From the NCBI GenBank assembly GCA_010909165.1, contig MU008161.1, forward strand, positions 1-64,000: a stretch of 64,000 nucleotides of DNA. Direction: 5' to 3'. The position numbers and the translations under genes were made by a program. Under the pieces are notes generated by a model. That model was not told the DNA's origin. It did no database searches and worked only from the letters and a program-made list of their open reading frames with translations. Shown here in pieces: positions 51,010-64,000 of this stretch (positions within the stretch are counted from its first letter, which is position 1; the number at the start of each line of letters is the position of its first letter). The DNA is from Anthoceros angustus (taxonomy: Eukaryota; Plantae; Anthocerotophyta).

Positions 51010-52359
51010 TCACACAAAAATTCGGAGAGGAGGAATAGCGATCCCAGCGTCCTGCAGGAACGGGATGGACGCGCTGTTGTTATGCATCACATCAGCATAG
51101 AAGAGGTATTCTGCCTCATAGTCGTGTAGAGAGAGTTCCTCCCTCTGGTTGCTGTGGTAGTGGTGCTTTTGGCCCTCGATTTTCCCAAAACCGAACAAAT
51201 CCACATTGTCGCACAGACTTAGCGCTAGCATGACGGCCTGGAAGCCAGAAGAGTAGTGGAAGTATTCGGCCCCATATCTCTTGGACCATTCCTCCACGGA
51301 CTTGCCAGTCCTAGCCGTGTACTGTGTGAGAGAATACCACTTGACAATCCTGAAGCAAAGCATGTCAAAGCGGGGATCCGTAACCAACATGGGCGTTTGT
51401 TGCATCGGACCGCATCGGGCGATGTCCATGAGATGCGCGGGAGTGCACATGTAGGCCAGGATAGGGACGTCCGGACCATGAAAGAAGCAGGGACAGCTGA
51501 TGCGCCTGGCACAACCGTGTAACACGTTGCTGTTCATGAAGGAGAGTGTTGTTTTCTCGCCCACATGCTTCTTGAAGAAATGGGTTTCCGCGTTATTGAT
51601 CCTGATCACCATCTCATGGGAATCGATGAATGCTCCGTGCTGCTTGGACAGTAGAACCCCACTATTCCCCACCACCGCGCATGTCTTGTAGCGGCGAGTA
51701 GGCCCAGGCTCGGCACCCTTGGCACGCGCGTAATGCCTGTCCAAGGGCGCCTTCACCAGCTCCAGCATCTGCCCCATAATCTCAGGCTGAAACCGCTTCT
51801 TGTCAGCCCACTCCCGCACCATTTCCCTAAAAGAATCCCAGTGCTGCCAGTATATATGCCGGGAGAGCTCCGCCTCCCACGGCTCAGGCCTCCCCTTGTA
51901 TGGACTCTCTCTCTCCTCTCTGGAAAGGGAGCCATCCTGCCTGCGATGACTCTGAAGATCCCGATTGGTTTTGGAAATGGCCTGCTCGGTCTGGTGGTCC
52001 AGAACCTTGGCTATCACCCGCGCCTGTGTTGGCTCCAGCTGATCGATTCCCGCCAGTTCCAAAATGGTGCGATTATTCGCAGCCAGAGACAGAGACACCG
52101 GTGTCAGTCCTGCAGAGGAGATGAGAGGCACGTCCACCGGCGGCTCCTGTATCCACCGACTCTCATCCCAGATGAGAAGTGGATTCAGGAGGGACATGAT
52201 GAGCAACACCACCCCAAGGGCGAACAGGAAGAGGAGTTTCACCCTCATAGATTTCATAAGGCTGGAGACGAAGCAGCAACTAGTGAACGCGGGATTCAAT
52301 TTCCCGGACTTCCCCTTCCCGGCCAGCGCCATAGCGAAGTCTTTCACATCCGCATCCAT
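51010..52359 (-). CDS. GALT29A: GT29 sialyltransferase-like glycosyltransferase, GALT29A-like (beta-1,6-galactosyltransferase); intronless CDS, start at ATG 52359 or 52257
   Basis: Type II signal-anchor (VKLLFLFALGVVLLIMSLL); sialylmotif L CAVVGNSGVLL...IDSHEMVIRINNA..VGEKTT; TDPRFD; motif S SSG.QAVMLA..LC..V..FGFG; HHYH and LHDYEAEY. Confidence 0.92.
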   Translation of the reverse strand: MDADVKDFAMALAGKGKSGKLNPAFTSCCFVSSLMKSMRVKLLFLFALGVVLLIMSLLNPLLIWDESRWIQEPPVDVPLISSAGLTPVSLSLAANNRTILELAGIDQLEPTQARVIAKVLDHQTEQAISKTNRDLQSHRRQDGSLSREERESPYKGRPEPWEAELSRHIYWQHWDSFREMVREWADKKRFQPEIMGQMLELVKAPLDRHYARAKGAEPGPTRRYKTCAVVGNSGVLLSKQHGAFIDSHEMVIRINNAETHFFKKHVGEKTTLSFMNSNVLHGCARRISCPCFFHGPDVPILAYMCTPAHLMDIARCGPMQQTPMLVTDPRFDMLCFRIVKWYSLTQYTARTGKSVEEWSKRYGAEYFHYSSGFQAVMLALSLCDNVDLFGFGKIEGQKHHYHSNQREELSLHDYEAEYLFYADVMHNNSASIPFLQDAGIAIPPLRIFV

Positions 52360-55300
52360 GTATGACTTCCTGGCAGCCTGAGGGCATGTATCCTGAATCC
52401 GATTCGGAATCCGGGCAGCCAGCAGTGCCAGGCTGGCCTGGAGATTGATCAGCCTCAGCCTCAGCCTCGGCCTCAGCCTCAGCCTCAGCCTCCGAGCCCG
52501 CCCAGTCCTGCCCTGCAAGGTCCCAGCACAGTCCCCCCATCACCACATCAACCAAGCGACACTCCAAGAACTGTCCCGCTGCAACTGGAACAAGTCAACA
52601 TTCTGAACCACGACTCCAGGACTCGGAAGTGCTTCAAAGCCACGCAGAAAACGTAACAAAGGCAATACCTTCCGGTAATGCAGTAACTGCTCATTGGCAA
52701 GCAGCACCCCATCTCAATCCAAGAACGCGAACGCCATCCTCCACCACCCCGGATCTGACGCCGCGAGCAGCCTGCACCACAGACAAAGGCTCGACCTTAG
52801 CATCCACGCAAACCCGCTAACCCACCTCCCACGCCGCGCAAGCATCTCCATGTCCACACACGAAACCGGACACCCGAGCCTGCGCGACCGAATACACACC
52901 AGCACCCCGATCTCCGCCGCAGACCCACCTGAATCCCAGCTCCAAGACGGCTCAGCATTTCCACCAACGGGACCACGGGCGAGGACGCGCCTCCTCCCAA
53001 ATGCGCACCCTCTCAGGCCCCAGGCGGGGAGCAGGGGCGATCGCGAGGAGAGGCCAATCCCCTGGCCGCTACCGGCAATCCCCACGTGCCTCTCGCCCAG
53101 CAGAGAGACGGCTACGGGGCGCGCTGCAATGAAAATGGCAGTGGGGGACCCCGCATCCTTGCAGCGCCCGGCGTCTCATATCCTGTGATCGGATGGCGCC
53201 GGCCCAGGCCATCGCACGCGCCGCAGGAGGCTGAAGCGGGAGGCGGAAGGCGGGAGGCAGAGCCGGGAGAAGAGGCAGATGCAGGGGAGAGCAGAGCAGC
53301 ACGCTGGCCAGGCCGGGCCGGGCCGGGCCGGGCAGCCCGGCCTTGACCTTGCGTGACCAGGACAAGGCGCCTGGCGGCCTGGCCTAGATGGCCAGACGGC
53401 CAGACGGCCAGACGCGGGGTAGGTGTACACCGGGCCGGAACCAGCCAATCAAGAATTGCACCACCACAAACCACGTCCAACCCGGCTTCTCGGGGTCTTT
53501 CACGTTCTCGGTCCTTCCAGTTCTTTTATCACCTCCTTTCTTTCCCAAAATACACATGGATTCCGCGATCTTTGTCATCACCCTGTCTCTAGCTCTCGGC
53601 CTTCCCCCGTCAAGGGCCCCCCTGGCACCTGCCTTCATGCTGTCTCGTGTTTTTCTATCTTGTCCCTTGTGTCATATTATGTATCATAATAGCGCATCAT
53701 GGCCATGGCCATGGCCATCGTGTGTTGCCGTGGTGCGAGTGCGAGACTGCGAGTGGTCCATAACGCGTAAGCACGACAAGACCCATACCCGGACACACAT
53801 CTTGCTGTTCACATATTAAGATATATAATACCAACAACCTTTGTCCAAAGCAGACACGCAGCAGCAGACATACATATTATGTACAAGGCTTCCAAAAACA
53901 ACACGGAGCTGGCCAAACATAGTACCATACTACTAGGCTTCTAAAAACAAGAGAGAGGAGGTACCCTACGCATAGTACTCCGGCTTCCAAAAACAATCCA
54001 CACAACTCTCTACCTTCAAATAATCTATCATCCTACAATAATTAAGCGAATACAAAAAACAGCAAAAAGGTTAGAGAGTAAAAGAGTACTCACCATCTAT
54101 GTACCCCACTTAGGACGGATTTCCGTCATACTTAACAACTTGTACCCTGGTGTGCCTAAGCTACTTGCACCAAGGACATCCACTCCCTTCTGGCTACCCA
54201 TCTAAGTACCGATCTAAGCTCAGGATGCTTAATCACGACCTTCTTATAAATGTGTATCCATTTGGCCTAAGCCATTTTGGCTTATAGAGGAGGTTTTCTT
54301 CTTAACTACCTGATTGTTTCTTAAAATTTTGGGTTGCGTTAAACCACACCTCAAGTATCTATCTTCCCTCTATCCGGTAGCCGGGATTTCCCATCAGGTT
54401 TTCTAACAAAAGTCTCCACGGTCTCGAGTATCTATCATCCAAAAACATTTTATCTCTATAGTAATTGTAATACAGAACTATCAGTTAAGTTAACTTACCC
54501 TCTAGGTAGCGCCCAGGAGGGTGGACTTACTAGTTAGGAGCTGCTGATTTCATAGCTCGGAGATTGTGACCTACACGACACGCAAGGTGTGAAGAAGAAG
54601 GGTGTACCCCGACCGGAATGCATCCTCCTGCGGTGCAACTTCGAGAAAGTTAAACATTCCTCGTGGTCATTGTCTGGACTAGGCTACCGGAAGGATATGC
54701 TGTGCAATGTGGAATTGTGCAATGTGTGTGCAATGTGCGGAAGGCGATGGCGGCAGGTGAAGCCCGGCTTGCCCCGGCCCGGCCCCGAGATCGATGGGCC
54801 TCACTACCACCCCGAGTTATGTTCCGCAGTCCGCTCCTCGGTCCGGCACGGGGGCTCTGCTCCGATTGCCGTGTCCTCAACCGTTGTGTGAAATGGTGAA
54901 ACCATGTCTCCATTGTACGGCGGAGATGCTGATGAAGGGAACAATGGGAAGGAGCTTGAAAGCCCCATTGAACTTGCTGGCACATAGATGTAGCCCACTT
55001 CGTGTTCACACAGTCTGTGCACCTGGATACCACTCGGTGACGTACGAGCTAGCGCTAGCGCTACAAAGTGGGAAGCCAGTGCCACTCCTTCCTGTTGGCA
55101 CCAAGTCCCAGTCTGAAGATGGATCATTTGTGTCAAGCGAGATCTGCCTGCAGTATATCATATCCTCTCATTTTTTAAAGGGATATGCATTCCCAATTTC
55201 CCAAGCTCAGTGCTCAAGGTGGGTGGACTCTCATCACGACTACCAGCTGCAGCGCGCACTCCCACGGTGTGCAATCGATTCGACGCATGCGGCATTGTGT

Positions 55301-56121
55301 TGAATTTGTCCAGAGGTGTGCCGGAGTGATGCTGTCCTCTTGTTTTCAAGCCGGATTAGTGATTCATCACCATCCATTCTCGCAATGGGTGATTGGCCTG
55401 GGGCCCTCTCGAGGAGGGTTGTTCCCATCGCCGCGGTGCAGAGTGTGGATGGACTTCCCCAGCATAAAGGCAAGAAATGGAGACTTTGTGAGAGAAAAAA
55501 GACGGGAAATCCCATCTACCCTAGACGAAGGGGAACAACCCTCACGAGGGCACCAGGCCAAGGGGACTATAACCCCGCGGATCGCCCATTTATAAACTCT
55601 CCACGTTCTCCTCGCGGTATATGCTATGTATGTACATACATGTATGTATCCGTCAACGAAACTGAGTGCATTTTGTCCTAACCATGTGTACTGCAGTACC
55701 CGTCAAGCGTGTGGGTCTCCTGTCGGAAGTCGGAATTGTCTGCTTGCTTGTCTGAACCTGAACAACCTTTTTTCGACGCACATATAGCCTTGTGGTCTTA
55801 CATTTTACGTATTTTATATTATTATTATAAATTATGATGTAAACACCAATATCCTTTCGTCAGGGTCCTGTAAGGTACCTTTTGATTATAGAGAATTCCA
55901 CTGAAAAGCATGCTTATCGTTTTAAATCATATGAGATAAATATAAATTATATTTAATTACATAAAATATATCTTATATTTAATAATTGTACCTCTGTAAT
56001 TAAAATTATCTTCTTTTCAGTCAAATATGACCATAGAATACCATTTCCAGTGATAATTATCACCCTAATCACTTAGATGAAATGGGCCTTACCATAAAAC
56101 ACACAAGCCTGATCTGCATTC

Positions 56122-57313
56122 TGTTAAGAGGGTTTAATCTTACCCGCTTAGGGTTTGACCCCTGGGTTAAACATACTTAGGTTATTTGCCCAAGGGTCAT
56201 CTAGCGAAGGGTCACCTAGATGGGTAGTTTTATAAACACACTAAGACTCTACATTTGTTGTTTTTGTTTTTATGCATTCTAAATAAGATCATGTTCCTTG
56301 TCCCTCGTGCACTCTGACCATGGTTCATTCCGAACATGGTATCAAAGCTTTACTCTCGACGACCACGCAAGGATGACGACTAGATCCGTATCAACAGCTG
56401 GATACCTTTATCTCGGGAGGTGATGGAATGAAAGAGATATTCTCATACGTCTTTGGATTGAGGCTATCGATGCTTTATTTTGGTTGATGGATTGGTATCA
56501 TCTCACGTCTAATGGTAGCTATGATGAAGTGGCCATTGTGTCGTCACATAGGTTGAATCTCAGAGTTTGGACAAGTCTTGATCTCAACCTTCGATCCTAT
56601 CAAATTCAAATCCCGCTGCGCAATCGCATGAGGGATTCTATGCATGATCGCATCAGGAATTTCAGGAATTGAAAAATCTAATTTTATTAGAATCTGAAAT
56701 TGATGTCCAGGAAGAATAACAGGAACTTCAGCAAAGTCACACAATTATTCCAGAATAATTGTGGAAGTCTGCTCAAGCTCCAGCTATCCCTCCTGCACAC
56801 AATTCTCGGTATATAAAATTACGGAATTTTGGAAAATTATGAATTTATTTTCTAAATCACTAATCTATGGAGATGCCTTCACGAAGGCGAGGTCGTCGTA
56901 AATATGCGGCCTCACCTACACAAAACAGGCACAGTGGTCAGGCCAATTTGATTGAACCTCAGCACGAAGAAAGTGCTAGACCAGAAACACACAAATTGGA
57001 CATTGACCCTTCACAGTTACCAGAAATTGTTGTTGCTCGCAAACACCTAATTTGCCGCATCAACGATCTCCAAGATATTTTGCTCCAGGCTCTGGCCATA
57101 TAAGGTCAGCAATCTATGGTACAGAATTCAAGAATAATCAACAGACTTGATTCACTTTCTGCAGAAACAAATGGACGCCTAAAGCTTCTCTTCCAGGAAT
57201 TGAGGCAAACCGATCTTGTGAGCCAACCAGATACGACAATTTCTTTGGTACAGCATGGTGTGGGGATGTTCCTCCCAACCTTGCTTCCCATTCCTGAAAA
57301 TTCGGTTCAGGAC
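56122..57313 (+). mobile_element. LTR retrotransposon 5' part: 215-bp LTR (56122-56336), tRNA-iMet PBS, decayed internal ORF
   Basis: TGTT...AACA termini and TGGTATCAAAGC at 56337-56348. Interrupted by the next LTR at 57314. Confidence 0.7.
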
Positions 57314-59700
57314 TGTTAGGGTTCCCGTTCACGTGAAAGGGCACATTGAAGTTAGGGTTTCACGTAAATACCTATTTAAAGTAGCGTTTCTGTTAAGAAT
57401 AAACCCTTAGATAAGCGACACATAACCCTAGTTAGTATTCACATAGGTTAGGCTAACCCTAGGCCTATTACGAACAGACGCACCCCTAGCGAAAGGGTGC
57501 TCGGGTCCCTATAAAAGGACCCCTACTCTCTGTACTCTTCTAACTTTCTTCTATCCTCTTCTAATGATGTAAAGCACATTTCCGAGCATGCCTATGCATG
57601 TCGCCTATACACAGAAAGTTCACATGGTATCAGAGCTCAGGCTCTTCTAAGCACTATGGCCGGGAAGACGCTGTGGCGAACGCACGACGCCTTCCCCCTT
57701 TTTTTTTCCTTTCTTAGTCCTGCACGAAAGAACTTGATCAAAGCTCTAGGATAAGAGCTCAGGCTCTTCTAAGCACTATGGCCGGGAAGACGCTGTGGCG
57801 AACGCACGGCGCCTTCCCCCTTTTTTTTTTCCTTTCTTAGTCCTGCACAAAAGAACTTGATCAAAGCTCTAGTATCCTAGACTGCCTAGGATGGCTAGCA
57901 TCCCGTGATCTATACGATCATACTTCAGCAACAATACAAATATATAGCAAAAATTGTGCTTTAATAGACACCTCATCCAGGTACTGATCCGCGGGCGGGG
58001 CGCTTAACGCGGGCGGGGCGCTTAACCACGGAGTTCTGATAAGAACCCGGCTATCGGCTCCCTCTCCCATCATGCCTGCAACCAATTACAGTTTCAGTTT
58101 ACATACGTAATGATGCAGCAAAAATGGCATTAAAAAGGGCAGAATGGGAGAGGCCCGGTGCCCCTCCCCTCCTCTTGTTTTCTGCCCCCGTGCTCCAGTT
58201 TCCTTCTAGCACACAATGGCAAGGACGGGAAAGCCCAATCTCAGGCACCAGATGCCCCACAGGGTTCGACCCCTCAAGAATGCGCGCCCGGGCCCTCGCA
58301 TAGTGACAATCATCTTCTTTCAAGAATGCGCGCCCGGGACCTCGCCGGCGACAGACAACACGCGTGACCCCCCGCCTGCAGAGAAGGAGGGCGAACAAAT
58401 GCCCTGCAATCCCAGACTTGGAGAGATCCCTGCTTTCCTTGCTCGAGCAAGCGAAATTGACGCTCGGGAGGAACTAAAGCATACCCACTGGGCTTGCGCT
58501 CCCCACAGGCACAGCGCCCAACCCGATCTCCCAACGGATTTTAAGCTCACACGCAACCCGTAGCCTCTCCGACCCATCTGAAGAGCATTCCACCGGCTTC
58601 CCTCAACGACGCAAGTTCTATGCAGACGGGACGGTGGCGCCCCCTTCCGAATTCTCCATCCCAGCAAACATAAGGAGAAATTCGTCGGATCTCCTGCAAA
58701 CTTTGGAGGCTGAACGGGCTGCAGCTGTTCAACGGGCAATCTTGGAGATTCGGAAACTCAATTCAGCCAAGGCGGGCGCGAGGAGTGGACGCGAGCCAGA
58801 TCCGACCCGGCGCGCTGTGGAGAAGCGGTGCCCGGGCTCAGATCTGGATGGCCACCGCGCGGAGGAGCGCGTGAGCCTTAACTACCACGGCGGCGCAACT
58901 TGGAAGCGGCACAAGGCCGCTTGGGGCTCGGGTGTGGGCGCAGGTCCGGGCGCGAGCAGGGGTTTGGGAGCGGATCCAGACAGGCGCGCCGGCGCGGCCT
59001 CAGATGTGGACGGCCTCGGTGCAGAGGGGTGTGTGAGCCCCAAGCGGCATGTTGGCGGGCCTGCCGTGCACGAGGACGCCGGGGCGCGGGCGGGCGAGGG
59101 ATGCAGGCGCGCCCATCCGTGGACGCGCGCTCCCGAACCGTGCCTCGTGGGTTCGGCGAGGGATATGATCCCCCAACGGGCCCCATTTATTATTATTTTA
59201 ACAATACTTTGGGCTGCCCCCCTCCACACTTGTTCTCTCTGCAGAAAGGAGCTTCCTCGCTCGCTGAGTTCGCGGACTCCCAGCCAGCCCTACTAGAAAA
59301 GGGCACCCTATGTTACAGCCGATGTTGCAATTTTTTGTTACACTTCCACATTGCAATATGTTTTGGAGGCTTGGTATTAAGTTTGTTAGTTTTGTCCCCG
59401 TTTGGTGCAGCCATCTTAACACGAACCTGGCACTCTCTCTTCCCACCTCCCCCTTCTGGGTACACCCCCCCTCCCCTCTCACAAGCATTTTTAATAATTT
59501 CCCACCTGCCCTTGTTACAGTCGTGTTGCATTTTTTTGTTACACTTCCAACTTGCAACATGGTTTGATGGCTTGGTGTGTAACGACTTACAACTCCTAGT
59601 GACGGAACAAAAACGAATAGCCCCACCAAATGAGGGACCTAAATCGTACAGCATCGTACAGTATCTACAGTCTACCATTCCAATGACCACTCTTCTGAGA
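57314..59700 (+). mobile_element. LTR retrotransposon 5' part: ~311-bp LTR (57314-57624), perfect tRNA-iMet PBS, internal region; right boundary approximate
   Basis: TG...CA termini, TATAAAA at ~57510, TGGTATCAGAGC at 57625-57636, and a 120-bp tandem duplication at 57633-57872. Confidence 0.72.
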
Positions 59701-60380
59701 AAGCCAAATAATCATATTCATCACCGATTGCCAACAACTCCACTCAGCTGCTTCAGGATTGTAACCCTTTGGAAGCGTAAGTAGAACTCCCTCTACTGCA
59801 GCAATACCTTAATTAAAAGAGATAATCTGCATGTCTTCAGAGGTAGTGAAGTCGGCTTGTTGAACTCCTTTTTTCTAAATGTGGAATATTCACAACCACC
59901 TAAGACTCATATCTTGAATTCTTAAAAACCCTCAATAATCTTGTGAAGTGAATTTTCTTCCATATTTTCTAATGATTTCTAAGAATGTAGTCTAGGACCA
60001 TTGGAGCCCATCATACTCTTCAGAAACACTACAAATCTAATATGATATGCTATCTACTTTGCTCTTTATCAATGTACAAAGAAGAGATAGCAAGCAAGTC
60101 CATGTATGGATCATTGCTCGATACCAAGTTAGAAATGCCATGCTAGCGTCTTGCATCAAGCGGATGCTTTACTAAGAATGATAAACAATCTACTAAGGTT
60201 TAGGTTCATAGGTGGGCTTTTAAAGGGTTACGAAGGGTTGTGTCCTTTCGCTAGCCTGCTAGTTAACTAACTACATTTAAAGCTAAGGCCTAGTTAGACT
60301 AACCAACGTGGTGCAGACCGCGTGGTTTGCTTTTTCTAAGCCGCCTGTCGGTATCTCCGTTTATTGTCCACATCTAGGGA
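59700..60380 (-). mobile_element. Inverted LTR retrotransposon remnant (LTR part, PBS, decayed gag-like sequence)
   Basis: Minus-strand TGGTATCGAGC at 60116-60126 (Met PBS missing one base). LTR-like sequence is shared with 39110-39240. Confidence 0.55.
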
Positions 60381-60399
60381 CACCTCAACCTCCTGAAGG

Positions 60400-63300
60400 A
60401 GGGAGAAGAAGAGCGAGCACTCGGGAAAGGGTTGATAACCACTGAGTCGGAGGCTGAGCCGAGGAACCCGAAGGGCAGCCACTCAAGCCCAGACGGACCC
60501 AGAGGGGCCAGGCGGGAAGGCATTAGGACTCCATACTGGCCGGGCGGACCCCCAGCCCGAGTATGGGAAGAAATTCACTTCCTCCTTCTAATCCTCCGCC
60601 CGAACACCCCGCGCCGGAGGCAACCACGATAGGGAGGGAGCTGGTGGTCGGCCTTACTAGCGAGATCGGCAACCCTCACGGCCCCCACCACGAGCGCCCG
60701 CAGACCAAGAGGGAGGCGAAGAAGAGGAAAACGGCCCCCACCACTACTGCTCCAAGGACCGCTCCGGTGCCTTGCCTTTGTGGTGGCATGAGGCCGAGCG
60801 GTGAGAAGGGCAGAGCCGGGATGCGGCCAGGGCGGAGGACAGCAGGCAGAACCCCACCCAGGCCGTCCTATCACCGACTGGAGGAAGCGAGCTAGCTCCG
60901 GACTCCTTCACCGCCTCCCGGACCCCAAAGCAGGCGGAAGGCGGAGTCCCTTGCTAGGGCCAGAGAGACTCCAGACCAAAATAGTCAGGACCTAAGGGTC
61001 TTGATTGGGTCCGGAGTTCCCAGTCCGGTCTCCCTCCGGACTGCGGTCTGGCGGTCCTTAACGGATCGGGAGATGCTCGCACCCTCAGCGGACTTCACGG
61101 GTATCTCACCAGCAGCGGCCGTGGAAGAGACACGGTGGGTTCTCGCAGCCGTCATGGATGGTATGCTTTGGGGGCTTTGCGGAACGGCAGAGAAGACTCA
61201 GGAGGTGGAGGCCACCAGAAGAAGAATGGTGGAGCTTCAGGGCCAGGCGGAGGCGGCCCAAGCGGCCAGAAGGAAGGCGGAGTCCCTTGCTAGGGTCGAG
61301 GAGGAGAAGCCGGCCAGGCGGAGTAGGAGGCGGAGTAGGAGGCCAGCCACCAACACGACCGAGGCTAGGGTGCTACGTGTGTGAGCGTGAAGCCTCGAGG
61401 CGCAAGCAAGGCGAGGAGGACCTTTGCAGAGGAGAGGAGCGCCCAAGTGGAGGCGGAGGAAGCACGCAGTGGCAGAGGGCCAAGGACTTGGTCAAATCGC
61501 CGACAGAGTAGCACCAAGCACAGGAGGCTCGAGTGAAGGGCGCGGAGGTGGAGGCCTCGGCCAGGCAGAGGCAGGACCACTACCAAGAAGAAGCCGGTGG
61601 AGAGAGGCGGCGGGAATAGCCACCAACACGACCAGGCTAGGGTGCTACAGCTGTGTGAACAGCTGAAGCACGCACAGGAGGCGCAAGCAAAGGCAGAGGA
61701 CCTTTGCAGGAGGAGAGGAGCGGCCCAAGTGGAGGCGGAGGAAGCACGAAAGCAGGCAGAGAGGGCCAAGGACTTGGCCGAAATCGCTCGACAGGAGTAG
61801 CACCAAGCCTGGGAGGCTCAGGTGAAGGGGGCGCGGGAGGTGGAGGCCTCGGCCAAGACAGACAGGGACCACTACCAGCAAGACAGAAGCCGGTGGAGAG
61901 AGGCGGCGGGAATAGCCACGGCCAACCTGAAGGTAGAGCAGGCAGCGGCGGAGCAAGCACGGGTAATCCGCGAGGAGGAGATGGAGGCCCGCACCAAGGA
62001 GTTAAGAGACCTATGGGTACAGCTGCAGGACACGGAGGAACGGCGCCAGGAGTTGGAGGGCCGGAAGGAGACCCTGGAGCTACAGCTTCAGATAACGGAG
62101 GAGCGGAACGGGACTCTCCATGGGAGAATCGAAGATCACGAGCAGGAGATAGAGCGGCTCCAGCTCTGTTGGAGGGTGGAGGCAAGTCATCGGCGAAGTA
62201 AGGAGCAGGATATCGCCAAGTTGGAGAAGGACTTGGAAGAAGCCAGGAGCTGGGCCGAGCTGCCGGACCGCCTGGAAAGAGAAATGGTGGCCCTCCGGGC
62301 AAGGATGGACGGGGGAGAGAGAGCTCTACGGGAAGAGCAAAAGTTGTTGGTCCGGACTGCGAAGCGGCGAGCGGTCCATGGCCAAGTTGGTCTTTGCGAG
62401 AGGCAGTGAGGAGGAGGAGCAAGCGAAGCAGCAGCGGAGGATTCAAGAAGTGGCGGAGGCAGCCTTGGCAGCCTCGAGGGACTCAGCCAAACTCCGTTTG
62501 GAGGACCTGGCGACGGAAACAGCCCAGCAGGCAACCCAACACGCCCAGTTGCCAGAGAACCTCTGGAGGAGTGAGTATCGGGTGCTCCGCACCCATGTGT
62601 AGGAGGCCATTCAATAGGTTGACTCCGACTTCGCTTATTATCATGCGGAGCTCCTCAAGGCGGTGGAGGTAGTGCCCCACACAGGGCCAATTGAAGGGCC
62701 ACCAGAAGAGTCGGAAGGAGGGTGGAGAGACGAGGGCCTGGGGGATAGTGCCGCCACAGGAACCTAGGGGGCGCTGTTCGGGAACAAGAGCAGCAGCGGG
62801 GAAGGAGAGCACCCGGACGAGAGGGATACGGCGGACACCCCACGACAAGAGGTAAGTCCGTCGCACACCACGAGGGAAGAAGGAGAGGGGGTTCCTGAGC
62901 GGGTCAAGGGAGGAGAAGCCCAGGGGGATATAGGACAAGAAGGGGGTCCGGTGGGTGAACACGGACTGGAGAATGCTCTAGGCGAGCGTCCAGGGACCCG
63001 CGAGGTCCGGACTCCGGAAGCGAGGCCGGACCCCAAGGTCTGGACGCAGGAGGGGGAAGGGGTGAGTGAGAATCAGTCTCAACCCACCCAGGCAGAACGG
63101 GCCCACCAGCGCGCCAAGAGATGGTGAGGAGGAGGACTTGGTGGTCAGCATGATGTCAGCCACCAAGAGTACAAACACTGACGAGTCTCGTGAAGAGGAG
63201 AGCCCCCACATCGTGGATCATCCGATTGCGTTACCGCAATTGCGTAGGCAGGATTGGACCGCTTAGGGAGGAATCCTGGTCAACCACAGCCCCACCGCCG

Positions 63301-64000
63301 AAGACGAAGATAGAAAAGCTAGGGGAGATAGAGGGTTGCGTGCTAGGGCACAGTGAGGTGGACATCAGCTCAGAATAGGAGTGTAATAAAGGCGCCCCTT
63401 CAGGGCATAGTATAAGAGGGTGGACGCCACTCCAATAAAACATCTTTCTTTTGGGGTTGATACCACGTTATCATTGCAAACCCTTGTGTGTCCTTCGCTG
63501 ATCTGATACCGAGCGGGCAAGACTACTCGGAGGCGATCCAGTCCCGGTGACTAACCCTAACGTGTGGTGTGTGTACCGTGATGGGCGGGACCCTTGCTCC
63601 TCCGCAGGGACCGGCTGGACGGACCGGAGCGTGTGAGGCTAGCAGAACTTCGAGAGGGCGTGCAGAGCCCGGACGGAGAGGCCTGGTTGAACGATTGCAA
63701 AGGTTTGTGGTCACGCAAGCCCACCCACGATTCCCAACTGGTGATGTGTGTAGTGAGCGTGGTAGGAGAAGCGGACTAGTAAAGACGTAAGACGGACTGG
63801 TAGGAAACGGACGTGAACGAGTCCTTAAACATTTGGCCACGCCGGGCCTGTCCGGTGGACGCTTAGGAGTAATTAGGAAGTGAAAATGATCGCGTTGGAG
63901 TCTTGGGTAGGAATCCTTCCCGACGACGGGGCGAGAATCGGGCCACGAACGTGTGAAACGGAACAATTCATTCCCTTGGGAACGGACCCCTTACTGCAAC
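60400..64000 (+). mobile_element. Retrotransposon-like element with coiled-coil accessory ORF and LTR-like 3' end; related to 953-5655
   Basis: ORF 61822-62409 (TDRDHYQQDRSRWREAA..RRQELEGRKETLELQ). Internal ~290-bp duplications at 61300-61930. 63370-64000 has TATAAG and AATAAA and is homologous to the reverse complement of 953-1530. Confidence 0.62.

Noticed and set aside
54589-55600. Possible gene remnant with a minus-strand TATA at ~55590
   Set aside because: Only short ORFs with no recognisable motif, so no call can be supported.

Overview
Eukaryotic nuclear DNA from a land plant. Short GT-AG introns, GC-rich microsatellite-laden gene flanks and the BZR protein type suggest a non-seed plant, probably a bryophyte such as a hornwort (inference). 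About two thirds of the window is transposon-derived. It contains a degenerate Ty1/copia gag-protease, a ~13-14.5 kb CACTA (En/Spm) element with staircase tandem duplications, LINE and copia RT fragments in an AT-rich satellite block, three tRNA-iMet-primed LTR remnants, and two related gag/pol-less coiled-coil-ORF retro-like elements in opposite orientations at the window ends. Host genes are COA5/PET191 (3 exons), a BES1/BZR1-family transcription factor (2 exons, apparent homopolymer frameshifts), an orphan coiled-coil ORF and an intronless GT29 (GALT29A-like) glycosyltransferase. The most unusual feature is an intron-containing DDE transposase/integrase at 22.2-23.8 kb. It has the WHxD..IDG..RSD..SVHNQRIE..WNxH signature of IS3EU-like transposons, which I know from animals and fungi rather than plants, and is followed by a 20-unit structured minisatellite. 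Parts of the window (about 1-22.6 kb) look like poorly polished long-read sequence, so frameshifts and duplications there may be artefacts.
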